Below, in pieces: positions 22,301 through 34,600 of a stretch of 64,000 nt of DNA; the first letter of the stretch is position 1, and the number at the start of each line of letters is the position of its first letter. Source of the DNA: Haliotis cracherodii (Eukaryota); contig NW_027266308.1 of the NCBI RefSeq assembly GCF_022045235.1, positions 31,682,001 through 31,746,000 of the forward strand. Reading direction: 5' to 3'. The notes beneath the pieces were generated by a model. The model was not told the DNA's origin and did no database searches. It saw only the letters and a program-made list of their open reading frames with translations. A program made the position numbers and the translations under genes.

Positions 22301-25103
22301 AATGTTCAGCATAAAGTTGTGACAAATGCGGGCTACATATTCTGAGTAAGGGAATATCGTTAGTCCGGAAACTCCACCTTGCAGGGACACTGGGGCACTT
22401 GCTAATCCGGACTATTTCAGTGGGAACGCAGCAGCCAGAAATTACTTGGTTTCACCGTATAGCAAATAATCAGCTATTCCGTTCACAACCATCATACAAA
22501 TCTCATTCAATGGGAGGAACAGTGTGTGCTACTATAACGAATGTTAAAACTTCTCTCTTCCGTGGCATTACAAAAACGCCTACAGCAGGATGTAGCAGGG
22601 TCTCTGATTTTGTTAACTGAATAAAGTACCTTTAGATTATGACAAATAACCAGATACCACAGAACCAGGCTTAATCATCTATTTACTTTAAGTGACCATA
22701 ACTATGAAAATAAAAATGTTATTTTGCAGCTTATTGCAATGTTCACTTAATGGTTAGTAGCTTAAACTTATATGATTCCAGGACAAGAGGTCTATGGCTC
22801 TGGTGAGAACTTTCCGCTAATTAGTTCACCAACAACAACATGCCTAGCTATGAAAAACAACCATGGCATATGGAAGCCGTACTGGATACCATGCAATTTG
22901 CGCCTTGCATTTATTTGTGAAGGTAATAGGCATGTAAGACGAATATGTTGTTTTACACAATGGTAATTATAAGTGGATTCTCTTCAATCTTTACATTCAA
23001 TGCTAAGATAATGTTAAAAGATATGACTATAATACATATCTCTTCAGCTGTTTTTCCAAACAATAAATTAAAGAGATGGGTTTCTTTTATCAGATCTTAT
23101 CAGAGGCCTTCTCTCTTTCATTTACTTACCCCCTCCCTCCGTCTGAACTACACGTGCTGTAATTACGTACATTGTGATTTTACTTCGCTAGTTGAAGGAC
23201 CCACAGATAACCCTACGTCTACTGTTGGAAGTTGTTATCATGTACAAATGTAGGGTTTTTTCTTTAGTGATAAGATATCCCCCAAATGAATCACATCAAA
23301 CTTCGTCACTAATGTGAACATTTGCAATGACATTTACCGATTATTGGACATTTGTTTAAGGATAGAATTTCATTCTTAGCTAAAACAGTAATATCACAAT
23401 CAACATCGACTTTAACGTCTACATCAACGTCAACGCCGTCATCAACACAGTCGCCGTTGTCAGGGGGAGATTCCACGGATGTTCCTTCCCATCCCTCTAC
23501 TGGCAAGCAGTCAGATGTAGTTGAACAAGCTGGTAGTCAGAGAGGTAAGTATCTACTACAGTCGCCGAGGGTAGCCCTGTCACGCAGAAATACAGGTTCG
23601 AATCCTAATATTTGGATATTGTTAAATGTGGTGTAAAACCATTTTCTTGTGTACGTTTAACACGTTTAATAATCCTTTTAACATACACATTTTTCTATAT
23701 TCCCAGGTGTTATCATAGGACTGGCTATCGGCAATGCGGTTTTCTTACTGATAGTCATCGGTTTAGTGTTTCTTCTGCAAAGGTGATCTTCTTAGCAGCA
23801 CTTCTATAAACAGTGAAAAAAAAACCATTCTTGACATGTATATTGTTAACTGCTTAACTGCTTACATTTATGAAGTGGCTTTCCATCTTCGGATCAACTG
23901 TTTGTGAAATAGCATCTCCTAATATGTAGATGTACAATTGATATCGAGCAGCATTTAGATAAGGGTCACGATTGCCGTCAGTAATATGACAGTCACGCGA
24001 ACTCGTTTTTATTCCAATGTGGATTTCTCTCAATTCCGGCCGAGATAACCTGCGGGGTTGAGGCGACCTGAGTGACCCTATTCATTCGTGTGTTTGGCCA
24101 TTTTGCTTTAAAAGTGTTTCGAGGATTATTTCAAGTTGTAAAATATGACATCACATCAAAGAGTACAATTAATCTATTTTGGTTGGAACTTATTAACCAC
24201 TTACTGTGCTAAATAGAAACAATCAAGTAAACATATTTCATTTAAAATTACGATTCGGGGCATTTTATACATCACATTAGAGCATGTGGCTAATTATGTT
24301 TCAGGCAACGCAAATTCCATTTGGCTAGAAAAGATACGAATCAACAGATGGTCTTCAACAGGTCATAAACATAACTAATGTAAAGTTACTATTAAGGGCA
24401 TGTACATCACATTCAATCATGTTGCAAATGCTGTTTCAGACAACGGAAACTCCGTTTGGATAGAAAAGATACGAATCAACAGGTGAACCTCAACCCGCCA
24501 ACAGAAAACACGACCTACGACGGTCTCGATGTTCCGAGAGACAATGGCGCATATTCTGTTATAACCCCAGACACAATTGACGGGAAGCCATTCACTCCCC
24601 CTGTTCCAACAGTGACAGTAAACCCAAACACTCACACTGCGAAAATCTACGTGAACCATCCTGAGACTGATGTTGAGAAGGTGTCCAATTCCCTCTCAAC
24701 GCCCAGTAAACAACACACCGACATGCCAAGAGGAAAGCCCCACATGCATCTCTCTGGACCCGACTACGACACAGCAGAATGTATTCTACAGTCGAGAAGC
24801 GGAGATGGAAGGGACACTGGACTGGATAGATCTGCAGGAGGTACTGATGTAGCCATCTCCGAGGGTGTTCAGTACCACATCCTCGAGAAGCGCAGCTCCA
24901 CGGGAAGGGATGAAAGTGATGCTGGTTTGTATGACCACACGGAAGCGGCAGAGGGAAACTACGACACCACACGGGGGAAGGCCAGAAATGTAGATGACTC
25001 GTACAGTCACATTGGCGCGATAGATAAGGGGTTTATAGAAGGTGACTATGATGTCGCTGGCGCTGGGCCTGTTGTGATCAGGTTGGATGACACCTACAAA
25101 TGA
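16312..25103 (+). CDS. Receptor gene 2: signal peptide/CTLD-half/WSC/CTLD-half/CTLD/stalk/TM/ITAM+ITIM-like tail, about 633 aa
   Basis: Exons 16312-16375 (MWTARLLACYLHCVYATSVNI, donor GTAAGT), 18806-19003, 19126-19262, 19541-19667, 19996-20130, 20649-20843, 22782-22922, 23380-23544, 23707-23782, 24440-25103 total 1902 nt in frame. There is an alternative in-frame ATG at 16288. Confidence 0.85.
16945..17220 (-). mobile_element. tRNA-derived SINE, family B, in gene 2 intron 1
   Basis: TSD GCCATCCACGTAAG on both sides. The paralogous empty site is near 60228. Confidence 0.85.
17490..17733 (+). promoter_or_regulatory. Conserved intron-1 block with a CRE palindrome (candidate enhancer)
   Basis: Alignable with about 32670-32975 in gene 3. 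TGACGTCA is present in both (17609-17616, 32818-32825). Confidence 0.3.
20950..21850 (-). mobile_element. Decayed Tc1-like transposon in a gene 2 intron
   Basis: Minus-strand RPRVTT (about 21485-21500) and SPDLNP (about 21165-21185) motifs, frameshifted. Absent from the matching gene 3 intron. Confidence 0.7.
21890..22170 (-). mobile_element. Family C SINE-like copy followed by a family A SINE 3' fragment
   Basis: Homology to other copies in the window, and a GAGTGAGTGAGT tail at 22085. Confidence 0.65.
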
Positions 25104-25581
25104 GGCCACTAATTAGCATAACACATGATCTGCCGTCAGAGATAACTGAAATCGTGGTAATGATGTATTTGCTAGCAGAGATCACGATGGTACAGGTAGG
25201 AGTGTCTGGTCGTACAAAGGGAAATACTTTTAGGACATGAGAAATATAACTGTACAGTAAGATGGGATTATCTTTCCAGTGTTGCTGGATAAAACTAGTT
25301 TGATTGAAGCAAAAGTCTCTCTTTACAGGTCAAAGAGCCATATCTTGACGGAAGTTACGTAACAATTATGGAATAAATTTAAGTTAGTACTTTTAAGGTA
25401 AAGAGTGGTTAAAGTTAGTTTTTTTTATTAGTGATGCAGTTGAACATTGAACTATTACAAGTAAAAACGAATTTCTCAAAAGGTTGTCTCCTGTAGGAGT
25501 CAGTTAAAACAAAACTTCAAAAAAAGTGAAGTGGTTAATGCTGACGTTAAGTTCTTTCAATCTTTATATATCTTTTCATTG

Positions 25582-25862
25582 CGGGGGCACCGGTGGCCCA
25601 GTCGTATAAGGCGCCGCGATTCGCTGTGCAGAGTTGCGTCCCTTCGGCACTCCAGAAACCTATGATTGTGGGTTCGAATCCCGGTTCGACCCGAATATGT
25701 TTCTAGGTTTGTCAGCACCATACCCGTGCTCGTGGGTTCCCCCTGAAGTGGTAAACGTCTGAGACCTGCTTTCCTCCCACATTAAGCTGACACGCTGTGA
25801 TATAACTGGAATACTGTTAAAAGCGGCGTTAAACCCCACTCACTCACTCACTCACTCACTCT
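25582..25862 (+). mobile_element. tRNA-derived SINE, family B, downstream of the gene 2 stop
   Basis: TSD TCTTTTCATTGC and (CTCA)n tail. The empty site is in the gene 3 paralogous region near 43244. Confidence 0.85.
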
Positions 25863-26396
25863 TTTCATTGCGAAAAGATGCGTAGGTGTATTGAGATGTA
25901 CGACGATGATAAAATCAATCATACATTTGCCGTGTTAGCTACCCCGGAAAAAAGTACAGTGTAGGTTGAATGTCTTGAGTCACAGAATAGACTGACGATT
26001 GTAAAATATCAGACACATATTCCAAACAATTAAGAGTTTTCGAGTTTTGGAATTCGGAAAATGTAGATGAAAATGAAATACACATTAATCTAGATGTCAT
26101 TTTATATAATAATTTAAGAGAAACAGTTTATCTCGATGTTTACACATTAGCCCCCTAGTAAAAGTCTTCTGTATGACTTTTTTGATCGAAGGGCATTTTG
26201 AATATTTAAAACTTTAAGAAAATTTTCACTAATCTTCAATCTTATGAACTATATTTACTTGCTTTTTTATTTGTTGTTTTAACACCACAATCAACAGTAG
26301 TAAAGTCATATTACGACTTGCTTTAAAATGTCGAGCCTAGGCAACATTATTCACATCTGATTACTTTTTTAGTATTTGTTTTGTTGTTGTTTTTTA

Positions 26397-26640
26397 CCCG
26401 TGAAGATCCGGGGTAGAATAACTCTTCGGCAACCCGTGCTGGCAGTAAAAGGCTACTATGCTTGTCGTAAAAGGCGACTAACGGGATCGGGTGGTCAGGC
26501 TCGCTGACTTGGTTGATGCATGTCATCGTATCCCAACTGCGTGGATCGATGCTCATGATGTCAGTCACAGGATTGTCTGGCCGAGACCGCTGTCATATGG
26601 CTGGAATATTGTTGAATGCGGCGTTAAATAACAAACAAAA
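26397..26640 (+). mobile_element. Family C SINE-like repeat, near full length
   Basis: CCCGTGAAGATCCGGGGTAGAATA...GTCGTAAAAGGCGACTAACGGGATCGGGTGGTCAGG...GCGGCGTTAAATAACAAAC. Confidence 0.75.
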
Positions 26641-27999
26641 GATTTAAATAGTTTTACACACCATCGTTTGTTTATCTTTTTATTCATGTTTTTGTTATGA
26701 ATACGGGAAGGGTTGTGTCGCTTTTTATTAACTGGTAGTATAAGTACTATCTAAGTACTATCGAATGCTGCATTTAAATGTCTTGAGAAGTTGAATGTAT
26801 TTTACCTTTCCTTTATATTCAAGCAGCTCCAGCTTTTTTGTCTACATTTCAAAACTTTTGAGGTACAATCGATATCAATCATGCTCTATCTGCGAATATT
26901 TCAAGCTGGGGCCGGATACATGAGTTTATGTTAGCATTAACTGACCTATTTGACAAAATGTTGGATCTCAGCTGTGGGTCCATGTTCGGCACCGAGACAG
27001 TTTCCAGGATTTCGGTCCTGGCGCACACTGATACAAAGGTTACATGCATCTCCTTAGACAAGATATTTTGTTCGACATAGGTACTAGTGAATGGGTACCA
27101 GGTAGGGTGAGATCGTAGTGTGTATGTTAACCTAGTCTTATAAAGCAGAATGTATTGTGTTCTTCCCGGGAGCTGAAATATGAATGCACATTAAATACAC
27201 ACTCGTAATAATTTAGTGCCATCAGCAGGTTGCGTTTGATTTTGAATGATAGTCATCCTCTTGAAACTATATGAATAAAATGTACTTTTATACACAAAAG
27301 TGTTCTGTCTTATATTGTGAAACAATCTAATTTATACGTATTGTTTCCAGACGATCTTAAAATCGTGTTCCGAAATTTAGCCACTCGGTTACTTCATGTA
27401 ACAAATCATGTCATACATGTTTGTGTGGGTAAAGGTAAGTTTGGTTCTGAGTAGAGGATGTTACCAACCGGTGCTCATTGTTTATAACCTGATAAAACAT
27501 TTACAGCAGATATCGAAACATTGTGAATGAAAGTGGTTTATGTACTTATGCATACATCAACAATTTAATGAAAATAAGAGTACAATCTACGTAACAATTA
27601 AATCATAGCGGGCAGGGCCAAAATTGCCTGCATATTTAGTTTGTCTCTATACGTGCAACTGATATAAACTTCCGCCAGCTCTGTCCACAGTATGAAGGAT
27701 GCCACTTCATACGGCCGTCATATCGATCAGAGGTGGTTATCTTGATTTGATACCTCTGATTGACCATTCATGATACAGTTGTGTTTAACGCCGTAGTCCG
27801 CAATATCACAGCTATGATATCACGACGGCCTGAATATAATCTCATATGGGCCCGAAAACTAGCGTTTGATATCATAAGCAACATCCAACGCCGTCAGGTA
27901 GGATGACACTCAATCACCCAAGCCAGCTAGCCTGGCCAACTGATCTTTTAAATAAAAGCGACCCTTTCTATATTCATAACAAATCTCTGCCAAAAATCT

Positions 28000-28280
28000 A
28001 TTCGAGTCGATTGTACAAATCCGACTGTATCTTACATGTGATTTTGAATCACTCTCAAATAGTGATGATACCAGGTTTTCGCGAAAAGGGGAGCGTATCC
28101 TGCTCTATCGGTGGCTCCACTCACAAAAACGTGCAAAGACAGGTCAACTGTTTACCTAAAACAATACCGGAACCTGTGGTAGAAGACAAAATAGGAAAAT
28201 CCTCCCCCCTCTTGTCATACAGTCTTGTGGAGAGTCACTCTGACTCTTTATGCATAGATCTAAATATGTAACAGATGTAA
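28000..28280 (-). mobile_element. Penelope-like retroelement 3' remnant
   Basis: Minus-strand LSTRLYDKR plus the adjacent repeat shared with 46350-46860. Confidence 0.5.
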
Positions 28281-29410
28281 ACTGACTTTGCCAATCCGAG
28301 GAGACATGATTCATATACATAAAGAAACAGATCATCAAGACGCCTCTTACTGAAAGTAGAATCAACTGTATCCAAGAAACCCAATTGGTCTACGCTACAA
28401 CTTACGTTACTCATGATCTGTATTATCCCTGTGTCATGCATCAGTACAAAACATAGAACTGATTGTTCTATTAACCAATGTGAATATCTAGGCATGTCGA
28501 CGAAAGCCTCTTCAATACATTTCAAAGTAAAGTCACCAAACCAACTTTGCAATCCATATGGGTTCGAATTTTTTTATACTTTGGGGCGTACGAAATGACA
28601 AATGCTTGACCAAAATGTTTTTGGAAAAACGAAACTAGCGTAAAACAAACGATAAAAACGACAAGCAAAATTGTCAAAACGAAATATACCACCACTGGGG
28701 GGATTCCCATTACTGGGGTTAAAACGGGTTCCCGGTGTTTGACGCGCTGTGCAATTTCAACGATCATGACGATCGGGGCGACGCCCAGTCTGATTTCTTA
28801 TGCCTCGGAATTTTAAATACAATCTTTCTTTTTTCTGTCTGATCATCCATTTATTTACCATGTCCACAACTTATGTCACATATGTAAAAACACTGAAAGC
28901 ATAGTAATGCCCATCAAACAATTTAAAAACACTGAAGATGCCTTCATTTCTTACTCAGGGGAGTAACAGGGCCGAGAGCAGCTGGTATTTTATTAACCAA
29001 ACAGGTTGTTAGTAACAAAACAGTAGTTAATTGCTATATTATTCATTCGCAATGTCAAGATCAAAAGTCGTTTCACATGTTTAACAATGTATACAATGTT
29101 GTTATTTTTGTAGGATTAACGGAAGTAGCAGAAACAGTAATGTGTATAACGGCTAAGAATCACAAGATATATATATATACGCAACAAACGTATCAGCCAA
29201 TGAAAACGGTTGTCAACTCTGCGACGATAGCTTTAGGTCACGCCCCCAATTAGGTTTGTTGTGGAAGCAGATTACAGAGTGTGTGATTGGAAATTTGATT
29301 TGGACATTTGAAAACATTTTGTACGAATATTATGAAAGTCGATTTTCGAAACATAGTTTCCTTTCACTTTACTTACCCTTTAAGACGACCACGTCTTGTT
29401 TTCTTTCGTA

Positions 29411-29670
29411 AGTGAGTGAGTGAGTTGGGTTAAATACTGTTTTTAACAGTATTCCAGTTATATCACTGCTTGTCAGGAGGAAAGTCCGATGTATTGCAGG
29501 TTACAACTTTGAAACCCAGGAGCACGAGCATGGTGCTGGCAAACCTAGAAACACAATTGGGGAGAAACCAGAATACGAACCCACAATTACAGGTTTCTGG
29601 TGTGCCAAAGGGTCGCAGCTCTGCACACCGAATTGTGGTGCCTAAGACGACGACTGGGACACACGTGACC
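29411..29670 (-). mobile_element. Degenerate family B SINE
   Basis: GTGAGTGAGT tail and internal homology to 1776-2050. Confidence 0.7.
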
Positions 29671-30989
29671 CCTATACATGCTTGTCTAGGCTGGTGATCG
29701 TGACTACTAAATATGCATAATATAATAGTTAATTAAACTTAAGTCACTTCGCAAATCGATAACTTAAATATAACCCGAATGTCCTTCTCAAGGAGGCCCT
29801 CAACACAGCAATGGTTAATGTAGAGTATACATTCAGTCATTTGGAAATAAACAAGACGCATAATTGTTTTTGAACATTGACATGTTTCTCTTGACTGGTG
29901 TAATATGCTACTAAATATTTCTTTAAGTTTGTTCTTTTCCTTCTTCTGTTGGAAATGATTTCTATGGATAAAGATAACTTGATTGTCTGGTCCAGATTAT
30001 TTACAACCCGCCGTTATACAGCTGGGTTATTGCTGAATGCGTCGTTAATCAACAAACAAACGTTAGGACCGTGATAATTGCAAACAAAAGAAAACATCCC
30101 GATGTAATGATTTGTAACTGTATTATCAAACGCTGAAGCTCTTCAGCAGAAAATAGTTATCTTATTTTAAATATGCACATACAGCTGATCATCTCTTTCG
30201 CCGAATGAACGATCGTGTAAGTTCACATGGTTCAGGCTGACCACAGTATGAAGGGCACAGTTGGACGGTTTTCCCTCGGCTGACATAGTTAATAACGAAA
30301 TGTTTTGCGTTCATGTGGATTATGTTTAATGATCATTAAACACAGAAAATAAGGCCGCACGTTACCTTTACGATAAGCTATATGGCTTTTTCGATAGACT
30401 AGATCGCTGACCGTGCAGCGAGAAAGATTTGCAGCGTCAGACATTTTGAGCGTGATTTTAACCGGGATTTCAAATAAGATGAACAAAAACGAACCGTATA
30501 TATCCTTTAGAGCACCCGATTGACTGCCCATGAAACATTGTTGACAGCATGTATGTGTAATGACAAGTTTCACGCTTATAACGTATTTTTTCATCAGCCT
30601 TGACTGTGTTGCCATTTTCAGCAGATGCTCTTTGTGACCTCAAGATGGAACATTACAAGCCAAACTGGAACTCGTTGTCCGTAGAGTATGTACAACGTCG
30701 TTGCAGGCTACGAATTTAGTAATGTACGACTCTGAGCATATCATTTGCTTATGTTAAGCAATGACTATCAAATAGTGATGATATCAGGTGTTCGCGAAAA
30801 GGTGAGCGTATCTTGCCCCACATGTGGCACCCGTCATAAGGACATGCAAAGTGAAGACACAGAAACGAAGTTTAGGTTATGAAGAATCGCTTAACTGTTG
30901 AAGGAAAGGAACTAAGTAATGGGGAGGATAGTCTCTTCCTCTGTCGGAAAGCATGCAATATTGAGCTGAGGTATGTACGAAGGTTGATT

Positions 30990-31270
30990 AAAGGTGAAGT
31001 TCTAAGCTCAAATGGAAGGAATGGTTGTTGTCATAACAGGGATGGATGCTACTTTCTATACAACTGTAAAGAGGTGGGCCGCAAAGTTTAAGTCTGGGCG
31101 TCGTATTGCTCGTTCAGTAATCATTTCCCAGGACAGAAACTCTGGCAATGAAGAAAGTATCAAATCGTTGGGTTCCAAAGCTTCTGACATCTGATCAAAA
31201 ACGCACCAGGCACAACGTGTCTCGTGCTAATCTAGCTCTGTTTGAAGCTGAGCCAGAAAGGCTTTTGTTC
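30990..31270 (+). mobile_element. Mariner-like transposase fragment
   Basis: YTTVKRWAAKFKSGR matches the mariner second HTH. The paralogous copy 49630-49930 retains SMDETW (TxDETW catalytic motif). Confidence 0.6.
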
Positions 31271-31623
31271 AACAGACCCTCCTTATTTTACTGACTTGTC
31301 ACAGGGAAACATATTGCTCAAATGACTCGTGTACTGTGTATATACCTCTATGACATTTAATGTCCTCAAGGAAATATTTCACTCTTACTCAATTCTTTGT
31401 GAGGCTCAAATCATATCAATCAACCCTCGTAACTAAATTTAGCTAATCGTATATGTTATCCTTTAGGGAAAACTAGGTGCTATGATTTTGCAATTCATCG
31501 AACAAAGAAGTCTTTCACGGGTTTTGCTAATATAATAATCACTTCTTTCGAACCGTTGTGAGCGTTCTTCTTCCGTGTTGGGTACACCACAACGAGTAGA
31601 TGCACAACACACAGGCCGGAGAC

Positions 31624-34600
31624 ATGTGGACCGCGAGGCTGCTTGTCTGTTACCTGCACTGTGTATATGCAACTAGTGTCAACATATGTAAGTAAACGTA
31701 TTCACATGGTGTCCTTTTAAGTCATTTTAATGTCTTTACTTTTAATGTGCTTTATATCACAACTTAATACCTATGGTTTAAAGCCAGAGATATCTTGGAC
31801 ATGTCTGGGCCTTTAGTTTGGAAACTATTATCGCGTGGAATTACATGCAGTATTCCCGCAGCTATATATTGCAATATGTGACCGCAATAGTTAAAATTGG
31901 TCAAGAAACAACATCTCGGTGTATGACATCATTCTTTAAGATTTTGTTTATACATTCAATTTTTATAACGATCTATGTGTCACGATATGATATTGTAGTT
32001 CACATATGTGAACGTAGTGTTTTTATGTCAAATTTTGGGCATTGTACGGTTGACTACATTCTTTCAATTTATCCCGCACTGTTTCGCCCCAGTGTGTCTT
32101 TGGATATGTCTGTTGAAATTCAGTGTCTTTAACGTATATCTTTTCCTCATTCACGTAAGTTAACACTAATTTCAATACACGGATGGTATGAAATAAGGAA
32201 TTATCTGTAAATTGACACGGTGTCCTGCATTCATTCAGACGATAACGACATCAGCTATTTACTGACTACATATACTACAGCGATTAAGTTGATAATGATA
32301 TATTGTGATGTGCACATTTTTTGTATTTCATCAGTATATAATTGGTGTAGGCTTATGTAAAGTCTCGTACAGGAACAATGTGTGATTAAGTAAATAACAA
32401 TTATTCCGTTTATGATATACCCTGTCTAGCTAAATGTATTTTCTGCATATGTCTATTAAGATTTTGAGTGTACTTTGGGGATTCTGTGCGATCGACAAAA
32501 GGAAGTAGCACCAACTGTTAATATACTGACATTATGTTTAAGTTTCGAAAAGGTAATACCAGCGTTTTTTTGGTGCATTGATTTGCTATAAGTACGGAAT
32601 ATTGTAATATGTCACAGATTTACCTGGATTTTCAATCCCGGACAAAAATTAAACTGGCATAAGGAATTTATCGAATCAGGACGTTGATGTTCTCATAAAA
32701 CTCCCAATCATGTATCGCTATAGAATTGATACATAGTGCTATATTTTCAGTTCGGTGAAAATGAGAATAAAATGACATATGCAAACGTTAGCATATATAA
32801 AGTGAACATAGACGTACTGACGTCAACACAGAATGGTATATTAATGTCAAATCAGGTGACATCAAGTGAAATATTAGCTGAGCTCCATTTCTAATGTATC
32901 AGAAAATGTTATCAAAATGTATCAAACAATACCAGGAACTGGGTTAGTGCTACAGGATTGTGTTCCACGGTATCACCTTTGTTCAAATACATCCTTATTT
33001 TAAAGAAATCTTTTTTTAAATGACAACAAATACTGAAACAACTGACTTTGATATTTGTGCATAGAGTTAATGGGCTCCTAACATAATTCGATATCCTTTT
33101 TCTAGATATGCGTTTTTGTCTGATTTAGTAATGAAACACCAGTCGATCGAATGTTATATTTGGTCCATGCGTGATAAGTATTGTATTGTGCAAACGTACT
33201 TTGATCACGTTCAATGTACAGCAACATATCATGTACAAAGTATAAACAGTTAAGCGTGTTTTTATAATAATAGACAGTTACAACAAATGTATATATACAC
33301 CAGATCAAATATATAGCGTCGTATATCCGATCAAAAGATATCAATGATTGGCAGTTTTATGAGCATGTCTACATCCTATTTGGACGAAAATACCCCTTAT
33401 GGTTGTTTAATATGATTGTTTGATTTGTGTCCGGTATTGTAAATTGAGGTTAATGTGGAACATATGACAACAGACTGTAATCACCACAAAGCGTTACACC
33501 CAGCGTTATCAAGCTATTTTACACATTTTCTGACTTTGCCTCATCTCAAATAGAAAATTTACACCAATGTCATGCTGTGCCTTCTTTGTGTCTCGTCGAC
33601 CCCCCCATGTTCGGCTTGATGAACGTTCTTCTGTGACAATATCCCCTTTCTGTTTGTTATAAAAGAGACAAAACCATTCCCATAATAATAAGTAATCTGC
33701 GCTTATATTAATCCATGGTTCGACTCCGACTATCTCAAATGCATGTGTTTGTGAATCACAATCAAATAGTGATGATACTATGCTTACAAACAATATTGAA
33801 ACAATGTTTTATACATCGGCAGAATGAAAACAAACAATCAAACGTGGTTTTTCAAGTTTAATGTGAAACAACTCCTCCAATTAGACGATGATTTACCTGA
33901 CCGTGGAATGAGTTTTCCTTTTTCGCACAGGTTAAAGGTTCGTGATTGGCATATCCAAGTGGATAATAATTAGGCCGGGGCATGTCTTACAACAAGCCTG
34001 TAATCTGTGGCAAACTAGAAGCAACAAAACCCTTTCCATATTCAAAAGAATTTTCTGCCCAAAGCAGAGTCGATTGTATGATTCCGACTATAACCATGTA
34101 TATAATTGTGAATCACTTTAAAATAGTGATGATACCAGGTTTTCGCGTAAAAAAGCACGTTAAACGGCCATGAATGGTTGACGATTGTCATTAGGTTTAG
34201 TTTCACTAATATAATATCAGTATGGGTGATTTATGTGTTCATTTAAAATGTCTAGTCAAACAGAATCATACAAACTTCTTTATTTTAATCATTTGCGATT
34301 ACTTTATACAAAGGACAATTCGATCAGCGGTCTCATAAAGAAAATGTAAGTGAATATGTTGTTCGTAAAAGGTGGCATTTTACACGCGAATGGACTCATT
34401 GTAATGACAAAGGGATACGTCTCTCTTACGGCCGACGAAAGTGACACGATTTTGACAGAGGTAATAATCGAAATAACCCTCTTTTCATCAATTGTGTTTT
34501 ACACCTGCCTTCTAAGTAATGAACGCTAAAACTTGCATCTTAGCAGAACCGATGCGCCTGCACATACACACACACGCGCGCATACATATGTACTACTGAT

